A stretch of DNA of 64,000 nt, from positions 177,322,001 to 177,386,000 of the forward strand of contig NC_058368.1 of the NCBI RefSeq assembly GCF_018350175.1, read 5' to 3'. Both the position numbers and the translations under genes were made by a program. Shown in pieces: positions 27,669 to 39,541 of the stretch. Origin of the DNA: Felis catus. Taxonomy: Eukaryota. The first letter of the stretch is position 1; each line of letters begins with the position of its first letter. The notes under the pieces are model-generated. The model was not told the DNA's origin, did no database searches, and saw only the letters and a program-made list of their open reading frames with translations.

Positions 27669-27878
27669 TTTTTTTTTAACGTTTATTTTTGAGAGACAGA
27701 GAGAGACAGAGTGCGAGTGGAGGAGGGGCAGAGAGAGAGGGAGACACAGAATCGGAAGCAGGCTCCAGGCTCTGAGCTGTCAGCACAGAGCCAGATGCAG
27801 GGCTCAAACTCAAGGACCGCAAGATCGTGCCCTGAGCTGAGGTGGGACACTTAACCGACTGAGCCACCCAGGCGCCCC
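27669..27878 (-). mobile_element. CanSINE (intron 1)
   Basis: TSD tgtggtaagctactttt. Confidence 0.94.
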
Positions 27879-28339
27879 TGTGGTAAGCTACTTTTGCGCA
27901 ACGGAAAGCTTCTGAGGTGTGTCCATGTTTTTGTGTTCACTGCTATTGATGAGTAATATCATCTTGTGTGAATATGGTGCAGTTTATCTCTTCACCTCCT
28001 GATGGACCTTGGGCTCCTTCTAGTTTCTGACTATCATGAATAAAACTGCTGTGAACACCTTGGATACGCCTCTTTGTGTGGACATGTGTTCTCATTCTGC
28101 TGGGGCAGTACCCAGAAATGCAAATGCCGGGTCATATGGCGAGTGTATGTTTAATTTGATAAGAAACCACCAAACTGTTTTCCATGGACTGGTACCAATT
28201 TGCATTTCTACCAGCAACACGAGGATTCTAGTTGCCCCACATCTCTGTCAGTAATCTTCTTCATGTTAGGCATTCCGTTGGTTGTGTGGTAATATCTCAA
28301 CCTAGTTTTTACCTGCATTTCCCCAATGATTAATGATGT

Positions 28340-28674
28340 TGTCTTAGTCCATTTGCACTGCTGTAATGAAGTTAGCACAGAGCCGGTGGCTTATAAACAA
28401 CAGAAACTTCTTATAGTTCTAGAGGCTGTAAGTTCAGGATCAGGGGGGCAGTAGGGTCGGGGTCTGGTGAGGGCGCTCTTCTGGGTTGTAAGCAGCCATT
28501 TATTTTCTCATCGTATCCTCATGTGGCAGAGAGCAGAGAGAGCTCTCTGGGGTCTTTTTTAAATAAGGGCTCTAATCATCACCCAAAGATCCCAACTCCT
28601 AATACCATCATTTTGGGAGTTAGGATTTCAACATAGGAATTTGGGGGGGGGACATAAGCATTTAGTCCATAACA
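28340..28674 (-). mobile_element. MaLR solo LTR (MLT1A/MST-like)
   Basis: TG...CA termini (tgtcttagtcc...ccataaca); perfect 5-bp TSD GATGT at 28335-28339 and 28675-28679. Confidence 0.85.
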
Positions 28675-28923
28675 GATGTTGAGCATCTTTTCATGTGCTT
28701 ACTGATCATAATTCACACATCTTACTTTGTGGGTGTGTCTATTAAAAACTCTTTGCTCATTTTTGTTGCTGTTGAGCAGTTGTCTTCATATTAAGTTATA
28801 GTTCTTTATGTGTTTTGGATATACATTTTTTTGTCAGATGTTTGTATCGTGACTACAAAGTCAAAGTCTGTGGCTTGCCTTCTTGTTTTCTTACCAGTGT
28901 CTTTGAAAATTAAACGGTTTCAA

Positions 28924-29136
28924 TTTTTTTTAAGTTTATTTATTTTTGAGAGAGAGAGAGAGAGATAGAGAGAGAGCACTAGTGGGGGAGGGACAGAAAG
29001 AGGGAGACACAGAATCCGAAGCAGGCTCCAGGCTCTGAGCTGTCAGCACAGAGCCTGACGTGGGGCTCGAACCCAGGAACCGCGAGATCATGAGCCGAAG
29101 TTGGACGCCTAACTCACTGAGCCACCCAGGCGCCCC
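28924..29136 (-). mobile_element. CanSINE (intron 1)
   Basis: TSD taaacggtttcaat. Confidence 0.94.
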
Positions 29137-29399
29137 ATAAACGGTTTCAATATTGATGAAGTTCAAATCATCAAATATATTCCCTTTATGGTTGTGCCTT
29201 TTGTGCGCAGTCTAAAAAATTTTGTCGAACTCGAGGTTGTGAAGAGTCTCTCCTCTGTCTTCTAGACATTTTATTGCTTTAGCTTTCCAGTTAGGTATGT
29301 GGTCCGTTGTGAACCTCCAGCACCGCTGGGTTTCCAGTATCTCTGCTCTGCTCCCAACTGCATAGCAGCCACTCTGCGGAGAGCAGCTAATTTAGCCCT

Positions 29400-29755
29400 T
29401 GGCATGCACATCCCCGCCCCCTCAGCCAGGGAGTCATGGGGCTCCCCTTGGTGCACAGCTCTCCTCCCTCTCCAGGGCCATGTTCCCTAGAGCCCAGCTG
29501 CTTTAGCTGTCCTACACTGGGCAGCTCAGTGGGGACTGCTGTGCGTGCTTGGGCTCTGCTTCTCGGAGCAGCAGCCTCTGGGAAAGAGGCGAGGCTATCA
29601 CGAGTTTTCCTTTATTCAGGGATGGCACTCTTGTGCTGCCTGTTACCCCTCCCCTGAAAATGGCTGCTTTCTAGATATCGACAGTTTCGTGGTTTCTTAC
29701 GATGGGAGGGCTAGCTTCGCCCCAGCTACTGGGTTAAGGCTGCAAGTGGAAGTCT
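29400..29755 (-). mobile_element. Probable old L1MC/MD 5'-end fragment
   Basis: gatgggagggctagc...aagtggaagtc resembles recalled L1MC 5'-end consensus. Confidence 0.45.
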
Positions 29756-30359
29756 AATCATAGCGTTTTAGTGCAGGCTGGAGTGAAGGAGCTGCCTGGA
29801 GGCAACATCGCTCGCTGATGCTTGGGTCAGCCCACGATCATTTAGGAGATTCTGGTGGATGTGCCAGGATTAGGAGAGGAGACAGGGGCCTTTTAGAGAG
29901 GTGGGAGAAGAGAGAGGCCGAGTCTGAGTCTGGGAGGGGCCTGGCGCCCGCTCTCGGTGGCTTTGTGGTGTGTCTCGGCAGGCCTTAGCCCAGGGAGTTC
30001 AGAGACACCTGCTTTCAACAGACAGTGTGAGCTGTGACAGTGATGGTGTCAGGGACAAGCAGAAGTCGACAAAGGATTAAGACAAACACAGTATTGACTG
30101 ACATGGAACTTTGCTCGACTCATTAGATGTGGGCTGAGTCAGATTTAATTTGACTTGAAATAATATATTTCTTACTTACCCGAGTTCACGAAGCAAGATT
30201 TAGACCTGCTACCACAACAAAGATAAAAGATTTGCATAATTTCCCTGTCCCCCAGATAGTTTTCTTTATATATACTAGTAACTATATTATTATTATGATT
30301 AACTTTAAAAATAAAAATAAATTTACAAAGCATCAGTCTGGCTGAGTCTTACAGTCTTA

Positions 30360-30620
30360 CAGACACTGACGAGGGAAAGAGGCCAGGCGTAAAGGTACAC
30401 ACTGACGGATTCCGTTCACGTGAAATTCAAGAACACACAAAACTCTACGATGGTAGAGATCAGAGATCATGGTTATGGGGGCGGGGCGTGAGATGGGAGG
30501 GGCCTCAAGGAGGCTTCTGGGGTACTGGAAGTGGAAATGTTCCATTGCTTGATGTGGGGGACGATACCTGGGTGTGTGCATTCAATGTAAAGATCATTGC
30601 ATTTTACACTTAAGTTTAGG
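30360..30620 (+). mobile_element. Ancient L1M 3'UTR fragment
   Basis: gaaagaggccagg...gattccgttcacgtgaaattcaagaaca motif. Confidence 0.6.
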
Positions 30621-30639
30621 GGGCTTTTTCTTTTATAGT

Positions 30640-30860
30640 TTATTTTTTATTTTTTTAAATGTTTTTATTTATTTTTGAGACAGAGAGAGACAGAGCATGA
30701 GCAGGGAGGGGCAGAGAGAGAGAGGGAGACACAGAATCCAAAGCAGGCTCCAGGCTCTGAGCTGTCAGCACAGAGCCCGACGCAGGGCTCGAACTCACAG
30801 ACCGTGAGATCATGACCCGAGCCGAAGTTGGATGCCCAACCGACTGAGCCACCCAGGCGC
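30640..30860 (-). mobile_element. CanSINE (intron 1)
   Basis: TSD ggggctttttctt. Confidence 0.93.
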
Positions 30861-32384
30861 TAAGGGGCTTTTTCTTAACAGTGTTCCCTGGGAATCTTTC
30901 TATAGACACACAGAATTATCTCATTCTTTGTAATGGCTGATGCTCAATGCTCTCATATTTCTTTAACAGCCCCTCTGTCCATGTACTTTACAGAACAATG
31001 CCTTCCCCAGTACACTTGCTGTTGGGTTTTTTATTTTGTGCTGTTTGGAGACTAAGGGGGGAACAGGGGCAGGATTAAGTTTTAGCTCTTCTCCCATGTT
31101 GCCTTGGGGCCTGAGCCAAATCATTTCTTCTCTCTGAGCCTCAACCGCTTCATCTGGAAAATGGATTCTAAAGTATACTGAAAGGTCTTTCAAAAACAAA
31201 AGCTGGGGCTCGGTGTTTGATTGGTCTGGGAAATGCTGTGGTCAACAAAGTGAATTCCTTGTTGCAGAACTTCTCAGATCCTTCATTATGTGAATGAGCA
31301 GTGTCAATCTCCAAGAGGGGACAAGAAAGAGTATTGGCATTCCTTGAATGGCAGAAGTCTTTTGGAGATTTTTCTCAAAGAGCCTTCCTGGGGCTTGGTA
31401 TTTGTGGGACTCTTGTTAGGAAAAGCTACAGCATGATGGGATCCCATAAGGCCCCATCTTGCTGTGAGGTCCAGCACAAAGGAGGCGTTGGAGCATGTAT
31501 ATCAAATGAACAAGTGAACAAATCTTTTGGAAACATATAGAGAACAGCCGTCCATTGCTCTGCTTATGATCCGTCAATGGCTTAAACAAACCAACAAACC
31601 AACAAACCAACAAACCTTTAATGGCCTCTTATGAATCTCAGAATAAAATCCCGTCCCTTTCCGTGGTGTGCATGATCAGGCCCAGCTGACCTCCCCAGCC
31701 TTCTTTTATATGCCTTCCTCACTTCCCCGGCTGGGAGGCAACGGAGTGCAGGGTAAGCTTGCTAAGAGTTCTGAAATCAGATGGACCTGGCTTCAAATCC
31801 TGGTAGATCGTGGCTATATGGTCTTTTTGCCTTTCTGAGCCTCGGTTTACCCATCTGTGAATGAAGCTGTTAATAGCTGCCTCTCGGGAATGCTGTAAGT
31901 CATGAAAGAGAGAGGGGGGTGGAAGCACCAGGCTGTGCATAGTAAGTGATAACATTTCCCATTTTGACAAAGTTCTACATGAGGTTGAATTTCAGTCCTA
32001 AGAACAAATACTCCGGGAGGTCTATAATTCAGATGTATCCTATTTATTTCAAGTCGTTCCTTCACTCATTCATTCATTCAGCTACTAATACGAACCAAGC
32101 ACCACTGTAGGCACTAGGGATATAGTAGGAAACTAAATGAAAAACCCAGCCCTTCTGGAGCGCACGTTATACTGGCGGTGCTGGGGATGAAGTTAGAGAG
32201 TCAGTCAGTAGTGGTTTCAGGGACGGAGAACCCAAGCACGCATGCTGTGTTCAACCAGGTCGGGCTCCAGGGAGAGTCCGGCTGAAATTCAGCCTCTTCT
32301 GACTTTGAGGGCCTTACAGTCTGTCTGGAGTGTCAAAGGGACCCCAGATGGGAGGAAGGCAGCATGCGTCTGGTCTGGCCTCAC

Positions 32385-32474
32385 CTGTTTCTTGTCCTCA
32401 CAGCGACTGCCCCTTCTCCTTTCAAGACTCTCGGCTGCCACTCGCCCCCTGCTGCCCACCTGTTGGATCACCAT
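32385..32474 (-). CDS. SMIM23: SMIM23 coding exon 1 (MVIQQVGSRGRVAAESLERRRGSRCEDKKQ)
   Basis: Strong Kozak context gccATGG; 30 codons followed by donor CAG|gtgagg; resembles the recalled human SMIM23 N-terminus (..LERRRGSHCDDEKQ). Confidence 0.92.
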
Positions 32475-32800
32475 GGCCTCAGGTCAGGCTGCCTGGGTGC
32501 AGCAAAGTACCCCCACCTGCCGGGTAGAGGGGCACCCTCCTCCGTCCTGGCCTCTGGTCACCAGGCATCAAACACTGAGTTCTGATGTCATAGAAGGTGG
32601 GAGACAGCAAGGCCCCCACCTCGTCACCACCCTGATTTTTATTCCTACCTCTCACATTTTTTTTTTCCATATAAATGTAAAAAACAAAGATCAGGAAAAA
32701 CAAAAGCATCAAAATATTGTGTTTCAGGATGGTGACTTTTCAGATTTTTTTCTCCTGTATTTTCAAATCTTTAATAAAATAGGAGTTTTAAAATACAAAT
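32475..32800 (-). promoter_or_regulatory. Putative SMIM23 5'UTR/proximal promoter
   Basis: Unique sequence between the ATG and an old L1; variant CRE TGACATCA (32583-32590) and half-CRE (32622-32626). TSS not determinable; an upstream non-coding exon is not excluded. Confidence 0.4.
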
Positions 32801-32809
32801 CAATAAAAG

Positions 32810-33833
32810 TTTTCACTGAAACTTTTATTGAGATAGTTGTAAATACAAATGCAGTAGTAAGAAATAATACAGGGGGTCCACTGTACCTTATACCCAGTTT
32901 CCCCCTGTAATCCCCTAGATCCCCAGTATCCATCCCCAAGATACTGCCATTGACCCAATCTACCAATCTTATTCAGACCCCTCCAGTCTTACTTGCACTC
33001 ATTTTGTATGTGTATTTAATTCTAAATATTTGCCACGTGTGTGGGTGTCTGTATCCATCCCTACAGTCAAGATGCAGCAGAATTTCGAGATTCCAGAAGA
33101 ATAGTGCACGCCCACCATCCTTTCCACTGTCCCCACCTCCTGGCAACCACTCATCTGTTCTCCACTTCTAAGATGTTGTCTTTTCAAAACTGGAATATCA
33201 AATAGTAAGCTATCTTTGGATGTGGGCTTTCTTGTACTTCGCATCGTTCTCTGGAGATTCATCCAGATTGGCGAAGTATCATTAGTTCGTTCCTCTTTAG
33301 TGCCCCATGGCATGTATGTGTTTGTTTAACCGTTCACCCACTGAAGGACATCTGGGCTAGTTCTAATTACTGGCTCTTCCGAATAAGCTGATATGGACAT
33401 TTTTGCACAGTTTTTGTGTGAACCTAAGTTTTCGTTTCTCTGGGATGCCTAAGATGCGAATTGCTGAGCTTTATGGTAATTGCTTAATAGTTTTGTAAGA
33501 AACTGTCAAACTGTTTTCTAGAATGGCTGTACCGTTTCACATTCCCATTAGCAATGTATGAACAATACGGCTTCTCCTCAACCTCACCAGCTCTTGGTGT
33601 TTCCATTATTTTTTATTTTGGACATTTTGATAGGTAGTTAGTGATCTCATTGTGGTTTTACTTTGCGTTTTCCTAATAGTTAATGATATTGAACTTTTAC
33701 CGTGTGCTTATTTGCCATCTGTATCTCCTTTTCAGTAAAATCTCTGTTCATGTCTCCTGCCCATTTTCTAACTGGATTGGTTCTTTTTACACTTGAGTTT
33801 TGAGAGTTATTATTCTTTAATTAATTTGTTTAT

Positions 33834-33882
<49 letters not shown>

Positions 33883-35200
33883 CCTAAGCAGGCTCTGCAC
33901 TGTCAGCAGACCATGAGATCATAACCTGAGCCGAAATCAAGAGTTGGACACTTAACTGACTGAGCCATCCAGGGGCCCCAAGAGTTCTTTGTATGTTCTA
34001 GATACTAGTCCTTTTTGAATATATGGCTTGTGAATATTTTCTTCCAATGTGTAGCTTGTCTCTTCATCCTCTTCATGTGGATTTTTGCAGAGACAAAGTT
34101 TTTAATTTTAACGAGGTCTGATTTATTAATTTTTCTTTTATGAATCATGTTTTTTTTTTGTGTGTGTGTAAAGTCTAAGAACTCTTTGCCTGGCCCTAGA
34201 AACAGAAGATTTTCTCCTATTTTAAAAACATGTTGGGGCGCCTGCGTGGCTCAGTCGGTTAGGTGTCTGACTTCGGCTCAGGTCATGATCTCACAGTTTG
34301 TGAGTTCGAGCCCCACGTCGGGTTCTGTGCTGACAGCTCAGAGCCTGGAGCCTGCTTCAGATTCTGTGTTCCATCTCTCTCTCTCTCAAAAATAAGTAAA
34401 ACCATTAAAAAAAACATGCTATAGTTTTATGTCTTACAGTCCAGTCCATAATCTGTTTGGAGTTAATTTTTATATGAGGTGTGAGGTTGGGATCACGGTT
34501 CTTTTTTTGTTTGCTTGTTTTGTCTTTTTTTTGTTGTTGTTGCACCTTTGTAAAAAATCAGTTGCACATATTTGTGTAGGTCTATTTCTGTGTTCTCTAT
34601 TTTGTTTCATTGATCTGTGTATCCTTGCACCAATACCACATTGTCTTGTTTACCATGGCTATACAACAAGCCTTAGTATTGAGTAGAGTGATTTCTTCTT
34701 CTTTGTTCTCCTTTATCAAGGAGGTCTCAGCACTTCTAGGGCTGTTATGTTTTTCCATATACACTTTAGAACAAGCTTGTCTACATCTACAAAAAGAAAC
34801 CCTGGCTGGGATTTTGATAGTAATTGCATTAAACCTATAGGGGCGCCTGGGTGTCTCAGTTGGTTAAGTGTCCGACTTCGGCTCAGGTCATGATCTCATG
34901 GTTGGTGGGTTCGAGCCCTGCATCGGGCTCTGTGCTGACAGCTCAGAGCCTGGAACCTTCTTCAGATTCTGTGTCTCCCTCTCTCTCTGTCCCTCCCCCA
35001 TTCATGCTCTGTCTCTCTCTGTCTCAAAAATAAATACATGTTAAAAAAGAAATTAAAAAAAAACCCCTATAGATCCCTCTGGGGAGAAGTGACATCTTCA
35101 CTGTGTTGTGTCTCCCAATCCGTGAACACAGTATGCCTCTCCATTTATTTAGGTTTTCTTTGGTCAGCATTTTGCAGTTTTCAGCAGACAGAGCCTCTTT
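32810..35200 (-). mobile_element. L1MC/L1MB-like fragment with three CanSINE insertions (33810-33979 -, 34235-34414 +, 34840-35063 +)
   Basis: L1 3' end motif gtaagaaataatacag...acccagtttcccc; SINE TSDs aaaaacatg and cctatag. Confidence 0.85.
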
Positions 35201-37679
35201 AAATGTATATTTAAATATTACATTTTTTTTTACTTCTCTCGTATATTTTTTAATTAAAAAATTAACTACCCATTCCTTTTAAAAAAAAAATTTAGTTTCA
35301 GGTGTACAATAGAGTGATTCAACACTTTCATACAAAGCCCTTGTCTATCAAACAAATTTCATGTGTTAAGAAATCATTAATCTGCAACATTTTTATGCAC
35401 TAACTTTCCCAAAGTTACACGTCCACAGCTTCTGATTAGCACCCGGATAACTTACTCATTGAACACCTACTATACTTTAGTCATTTCACTAGCTTATTTT
35501 TATTGCGTCTTCTCTGGGCTATAATTTTGTAGATAGTTGGGGATTAAGTATGTTTTACTAGCCATTGTGTCTCTAATTCCCATTATGCAGGCTGTTACAC
35601 ACTAAATGTTCGGTAAAAAATATTTGTTGAAGGGATGAATAATGAGCAACTTCAAACTGTGGGTTCTGAGAGGCCATGAACTGTGTCTGGTGAATACATT
35701 TTTGTATTCATAATACTTGGCTCAGTAAATATTTGTTGAATGAGTAAAGCAGGTGGTATGATTTTAATTTTACCAATGAAGAAGCTGAGCCCTAGGGAGG
35801 CTAGGGAAGGATATTAGCCGTAGTGGCTGGCATGTAGTGAGTATTGACTTTGTGCCAGACCCCATGTTAAGTGCTTTTTCCATACATTATCTCATTTAAT
35901 CCTCATAGCTGCCCTGCAAGGTTAGGGTTGCCAGTCTCCCCTTGGGGGATGTTACTTTCCTCATTCAAGATCACACACCTTACCTGGGCTGAGTGCGGGT
36001 CTATTTAATTCCAGAGCCTTTTAGTTGACCACAAGGAATTAATGTAATTTCAGCCCAAAGCAAAGAAAGTTGCCTTTCTTATTATCCTTTATGGCTTTAT
36101 TGTGCATAAGGAGATGTGGGATTCCCATTAAACTTTTTGAAATATCAAAAGTAGCTTTATTCTCTCCTCTCCGTCCAACTCTATGACTCCCTTAGCTTAG
36201 TACGTAGGGATCTCATACCTGTCCTTTCATACCATTCCTTCTCCTTCCCCTTTCTCTAGCATATTCTTATTATTATCATCCACAGCTAAGATATTTCAAG
36301 AAATGACTGAGTACCAGGCACTGTGCTTCACATATATTGGCTCACTGTATTATTATTGCAACTCTAGGTAATAAATAATATCATTGTCCCCATTTACAGA
36401 TGAGGAGACTGAGGCTCACAGTGGTTAAAGTTTCTTTCTCAAGGTTACACAACTAGTGAGAGCCAGGGCTGAGATCTGAACTCTGTGTGTCTCATGTAAG
36501 CTCCTAGGCTCTTGATTGCCATGAGATTTGCCTCTTCCTTGGAGAAACTCAAGACCAGAAAAAGAAAAGGACCTGTCCGAGTCAGTTGGAACAAAGGGAC
36601 CAGATCTCAAGTCTCTGATCCCCACGCAGGGGGCTTTTTAAAAGGCCGTTTGTGTCATTCCCATGGTGCAAGATCATGGAGATGACGCCATTGCTCCAGG
36701 GCAGCTATTGGCCTCTCGGACTTAACCTCGCAGAAACATTTCCGATGTCAAATGCGGATCAAAGACGGGGCATTAGACTAATTACAACACACGGAGAGTA
36801 ATGAATTACAGTCATGGAAAGAGAAGATGACCAGGAACTTTTTCTAGGAAAGCCAATGAATTCTTCCAGGAAACTGCCCTGAGGAACAGCGACGAGTCGG
36901 GAAGCTTCTGAGATTAGTTGGTAGGGCCATTTGCTGTGGATTCAGCTTCAGGGCAGGGAAGAGAGGAAGGAAGGGCCTTGCCTGGCCCTCAGAGTGCATG
37001 CCCAGAAACTGGTCTGGGTTGAGGGCTGGGAAGGGTCCACACTGAGCCCTGGGGCTGACAGCCTACCCCGGCCTCCCATTTCCCAGTAAAGGAAGAAGGC
37101 GGGGATGAGAAGGGAGGAGGGGTGCTGTAAACAAGGGAATTAGGCTTCTTGCGTGAATGTGGGAATGGATGGGGGAGGGAGGGAATGAATGGAAAATGCG
37201 CGAACGAATGGTGTTCCAGGCAAATAACTAATTGAAAAATTCCACCCTGCCACAGGGGACGTCTGCCCCATACCCAACAAGTGTGGCTCAAGCAGTGCTG
37301 TGTGCTTAAGTCCAGTCACTCAACCATATCTGGATTCAAGTCCTGATGTCACTGAAACACGTCCCTAAGGAACGTGACATCCTGTCTCTGAGTCTCAGGC
37401 ATCTGAAAACCGAAGCCGACGATGGTGTACGTCTTGTGGGGTTATCGGGAGGGCTACGCAGGATGAACTGATGGGATTGTGCCGGCTTCACAGCAGGAAC
37501 CTCGGTTTCCCGCTTCTCCCTCACCCTCTCTCTCCTTTTTTCAATTTCCCTTCCTTCCTTCTTTTCCTCACTTCTCCAAAATTTATTGACTAGCTGCTCC
37601 TGGGACAACTCAATGCCAATGTCTCTCCCTCCCAATAATTTAAGAACGCAAAGACTTCTCTATGAAGAGGGTACTCAGA

Positions 37680-37857
37680 GGGAGCACCTGGGTGGCTCGG
37701 TCGGTTAAGCTTCTGACTCTCTATTTTGGCTCGGGTCACCATCTCGTGTGAGTTCGAGCCCCGCGTCGGGCTCCACGCTGGTGGTACAGAGCCCACTAGA
37801 GATTCCCAATCTCCCTCTTTCTCTGTCCCTCCCCTGCTCGAGCTCTCATGTGCTCTC

Positions 37858-37893
<36 letters not shown>

Positions 37894-37924
37894 AAAATAA
37901 GTAAACTTCAAAAAATAAAGAAAA
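37680..37924 (+). mobile_element. CanSINE (older subtype)
   Basis: Head, CT tract and tail; degenerate TSD gtactca. Confidence 0.9.
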
Positions 37925-38269
37925 GAGAAGTGTACTCAAGAAGCTGATACAGCAGTATAACAGGCAAGCCTGGGTAGGAGTGGGTGGGGAATAATGGGGA
38001 GATGGAGGAGGGGACAGAATGGCTTCATAAAGGGGCAGGCGTTTTTGGCTACCGGAAAGGAGAAGAAAGGCTACGTGGGGAGACTGAGCCTCCCGGGCAA
38101 AGACTTTCCCACCTGGGCCTCCCACAGGAGCCCTGTCCTACTCTGGCTCTGGTGCCTGCCTCTAGTCTGATGGGAGAGAAACTCGTATTTGTAATAAGAA
38201 TGACAAACTCAGAGCCTAGAGGTACTGAACAATTAATGAAATGAGGGGAGTGGGCTGGGTATACAACCA

Positions 38270-38730
38270 AAAGGCCTATGGCAAATTATAACATGCATGT
38301 CTAGAAGGGGCAACAAATTGTTGCCATGAAAGTGTGGGGTCTAGTGTTGCAAGAACTGATTTTTTTCAAGAGAAGTTAGAAATTCAGGCTTTTGGGGCAC
38401 CTGGGTGGCTCAGTCAGTTAAGCGTCCAACTTTTGGTTTCGGCTCAGGTCGCGATCTCACGGTTCGTGAGTTCGAGCCCCGCATCGGTCTCTGTGCTGAC
38501 AACGCGGAGCCTGCTTGGGATTCTCTCTCTCTCTCTCTCTCTCTCACCCTCTCTCTGTACCTCCCTTGCTCACTCTCTCTCAAAATAAATAAACAAACAT
38601 TTAAAAATAAAAGAAATTCAGTTTTGAATGTGGAGTCTCCTGACTTATAAATGTTGGCAACACATTCCACTTTAGTTAAAAATACACCATGTGAGGGAAA
38701 TGCAGGCCATTGGTTTGTGAACTCTGATTT
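38270..38730 (+). mobile_element. MER102-like hAT-Charlie remnant split by a CanSINE (38394-38611 +)
   Basis: ctgatttttttcaagagaagttagaaattcag...taaatgttggcaac; SINE TSD agaaattcag. Confidence 0.65.
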
Positions 38731-39074
38731 ATCGTGTGTCGCCTGTGTGATGGGCGCTGTGCTGGGCCCAAATATGGCCTCTCCCTCATCCTCACAACCG
38801 CCCTGCCACGTGCGGTTTCTTACCTAAGATGCCAACCAACAGAAGCCCTGATGCCTCACTAAGATCAGAAAAGAAAGTTTGGGAGGAATGTCCAAAGGGA
38901 GCTCCTGGAATTGATGAAGAGGCTGAGGATCCAGGGAGGGAAACAACCGTCAGAACCACAGACAAGGGCCGATCACAGAAACAGTCTGAGCCCAGGACTG
39001 TATATGGGGGCCAATGCAGGCTCCCAGCGGTTGGATCCCAACGCCATGAGAGAATTCTAAATTCTTTTGGCGTC

Positions 39075-39541
39075 TGCATCAGTTACCTACGGCTCCTGTA
39101 ACAAATTGCAACAAACTGGGTGGCTTAAAACCACAGAAGCTCATTTTCTCATAGTTCTGGAGACCAGAAGTCCAAAGTCCGTATCACAGAGCTGAGATCA
39201 GGGCATCGGCCTGGCCTCACTCCCTCCAGAGGCTCTAGGGGAGAATCTGTTCCTTGCCTCTTCCAGCTGCTGCTGGCTGCCCGCGCTCCGTGGCTTATGG
39301 CCACGTCACCCCGACCTCTGCCTCTGTGGTCACACCGTGTTCTCCTCTTATAATAGGAAATGTGTGTGTCATCTTTCTCTTACAAGGATGCAGAGATTAC
39401 ACTGGGGCCCGCCCAGGTAAGCCTGGGTAGTCTTCTCATCTCAAAATCCGGAATTTAATGACATCGGCAAAGCCCTTTGCATTCACAGGATCCAGGGATT
39501 AGGTCATGGATATCTTGGGGGACTTTTCCCACCCTACCCCA
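39075..39541 (-). mobile_element. MLT1C-like MaLR LTR
   Basis: tgtaacaaattgcaacaaactgggtggcttaaaacc and gaggctctaggggagaatctgttccttgcctcttccagc motifs. Confidence 0.8.

Larger units (their letters stand above)
27380..29290 (-). mobile_element. Ancient L1M 3' fragment in SMIM23 intron 1 with nested insertions
   Basis: L1 motifs, e.g. taatgatgttgagcatcttttcatgtgctt, split by an LTR. Confidence 0.8.

Noticed and set aside
32242..32910. Longest ORF in the window (222 aa, + strand)
   Set aside because: Antisense to SMIM23 exon 1, runs into an L1, and shows no recognisable protein features.
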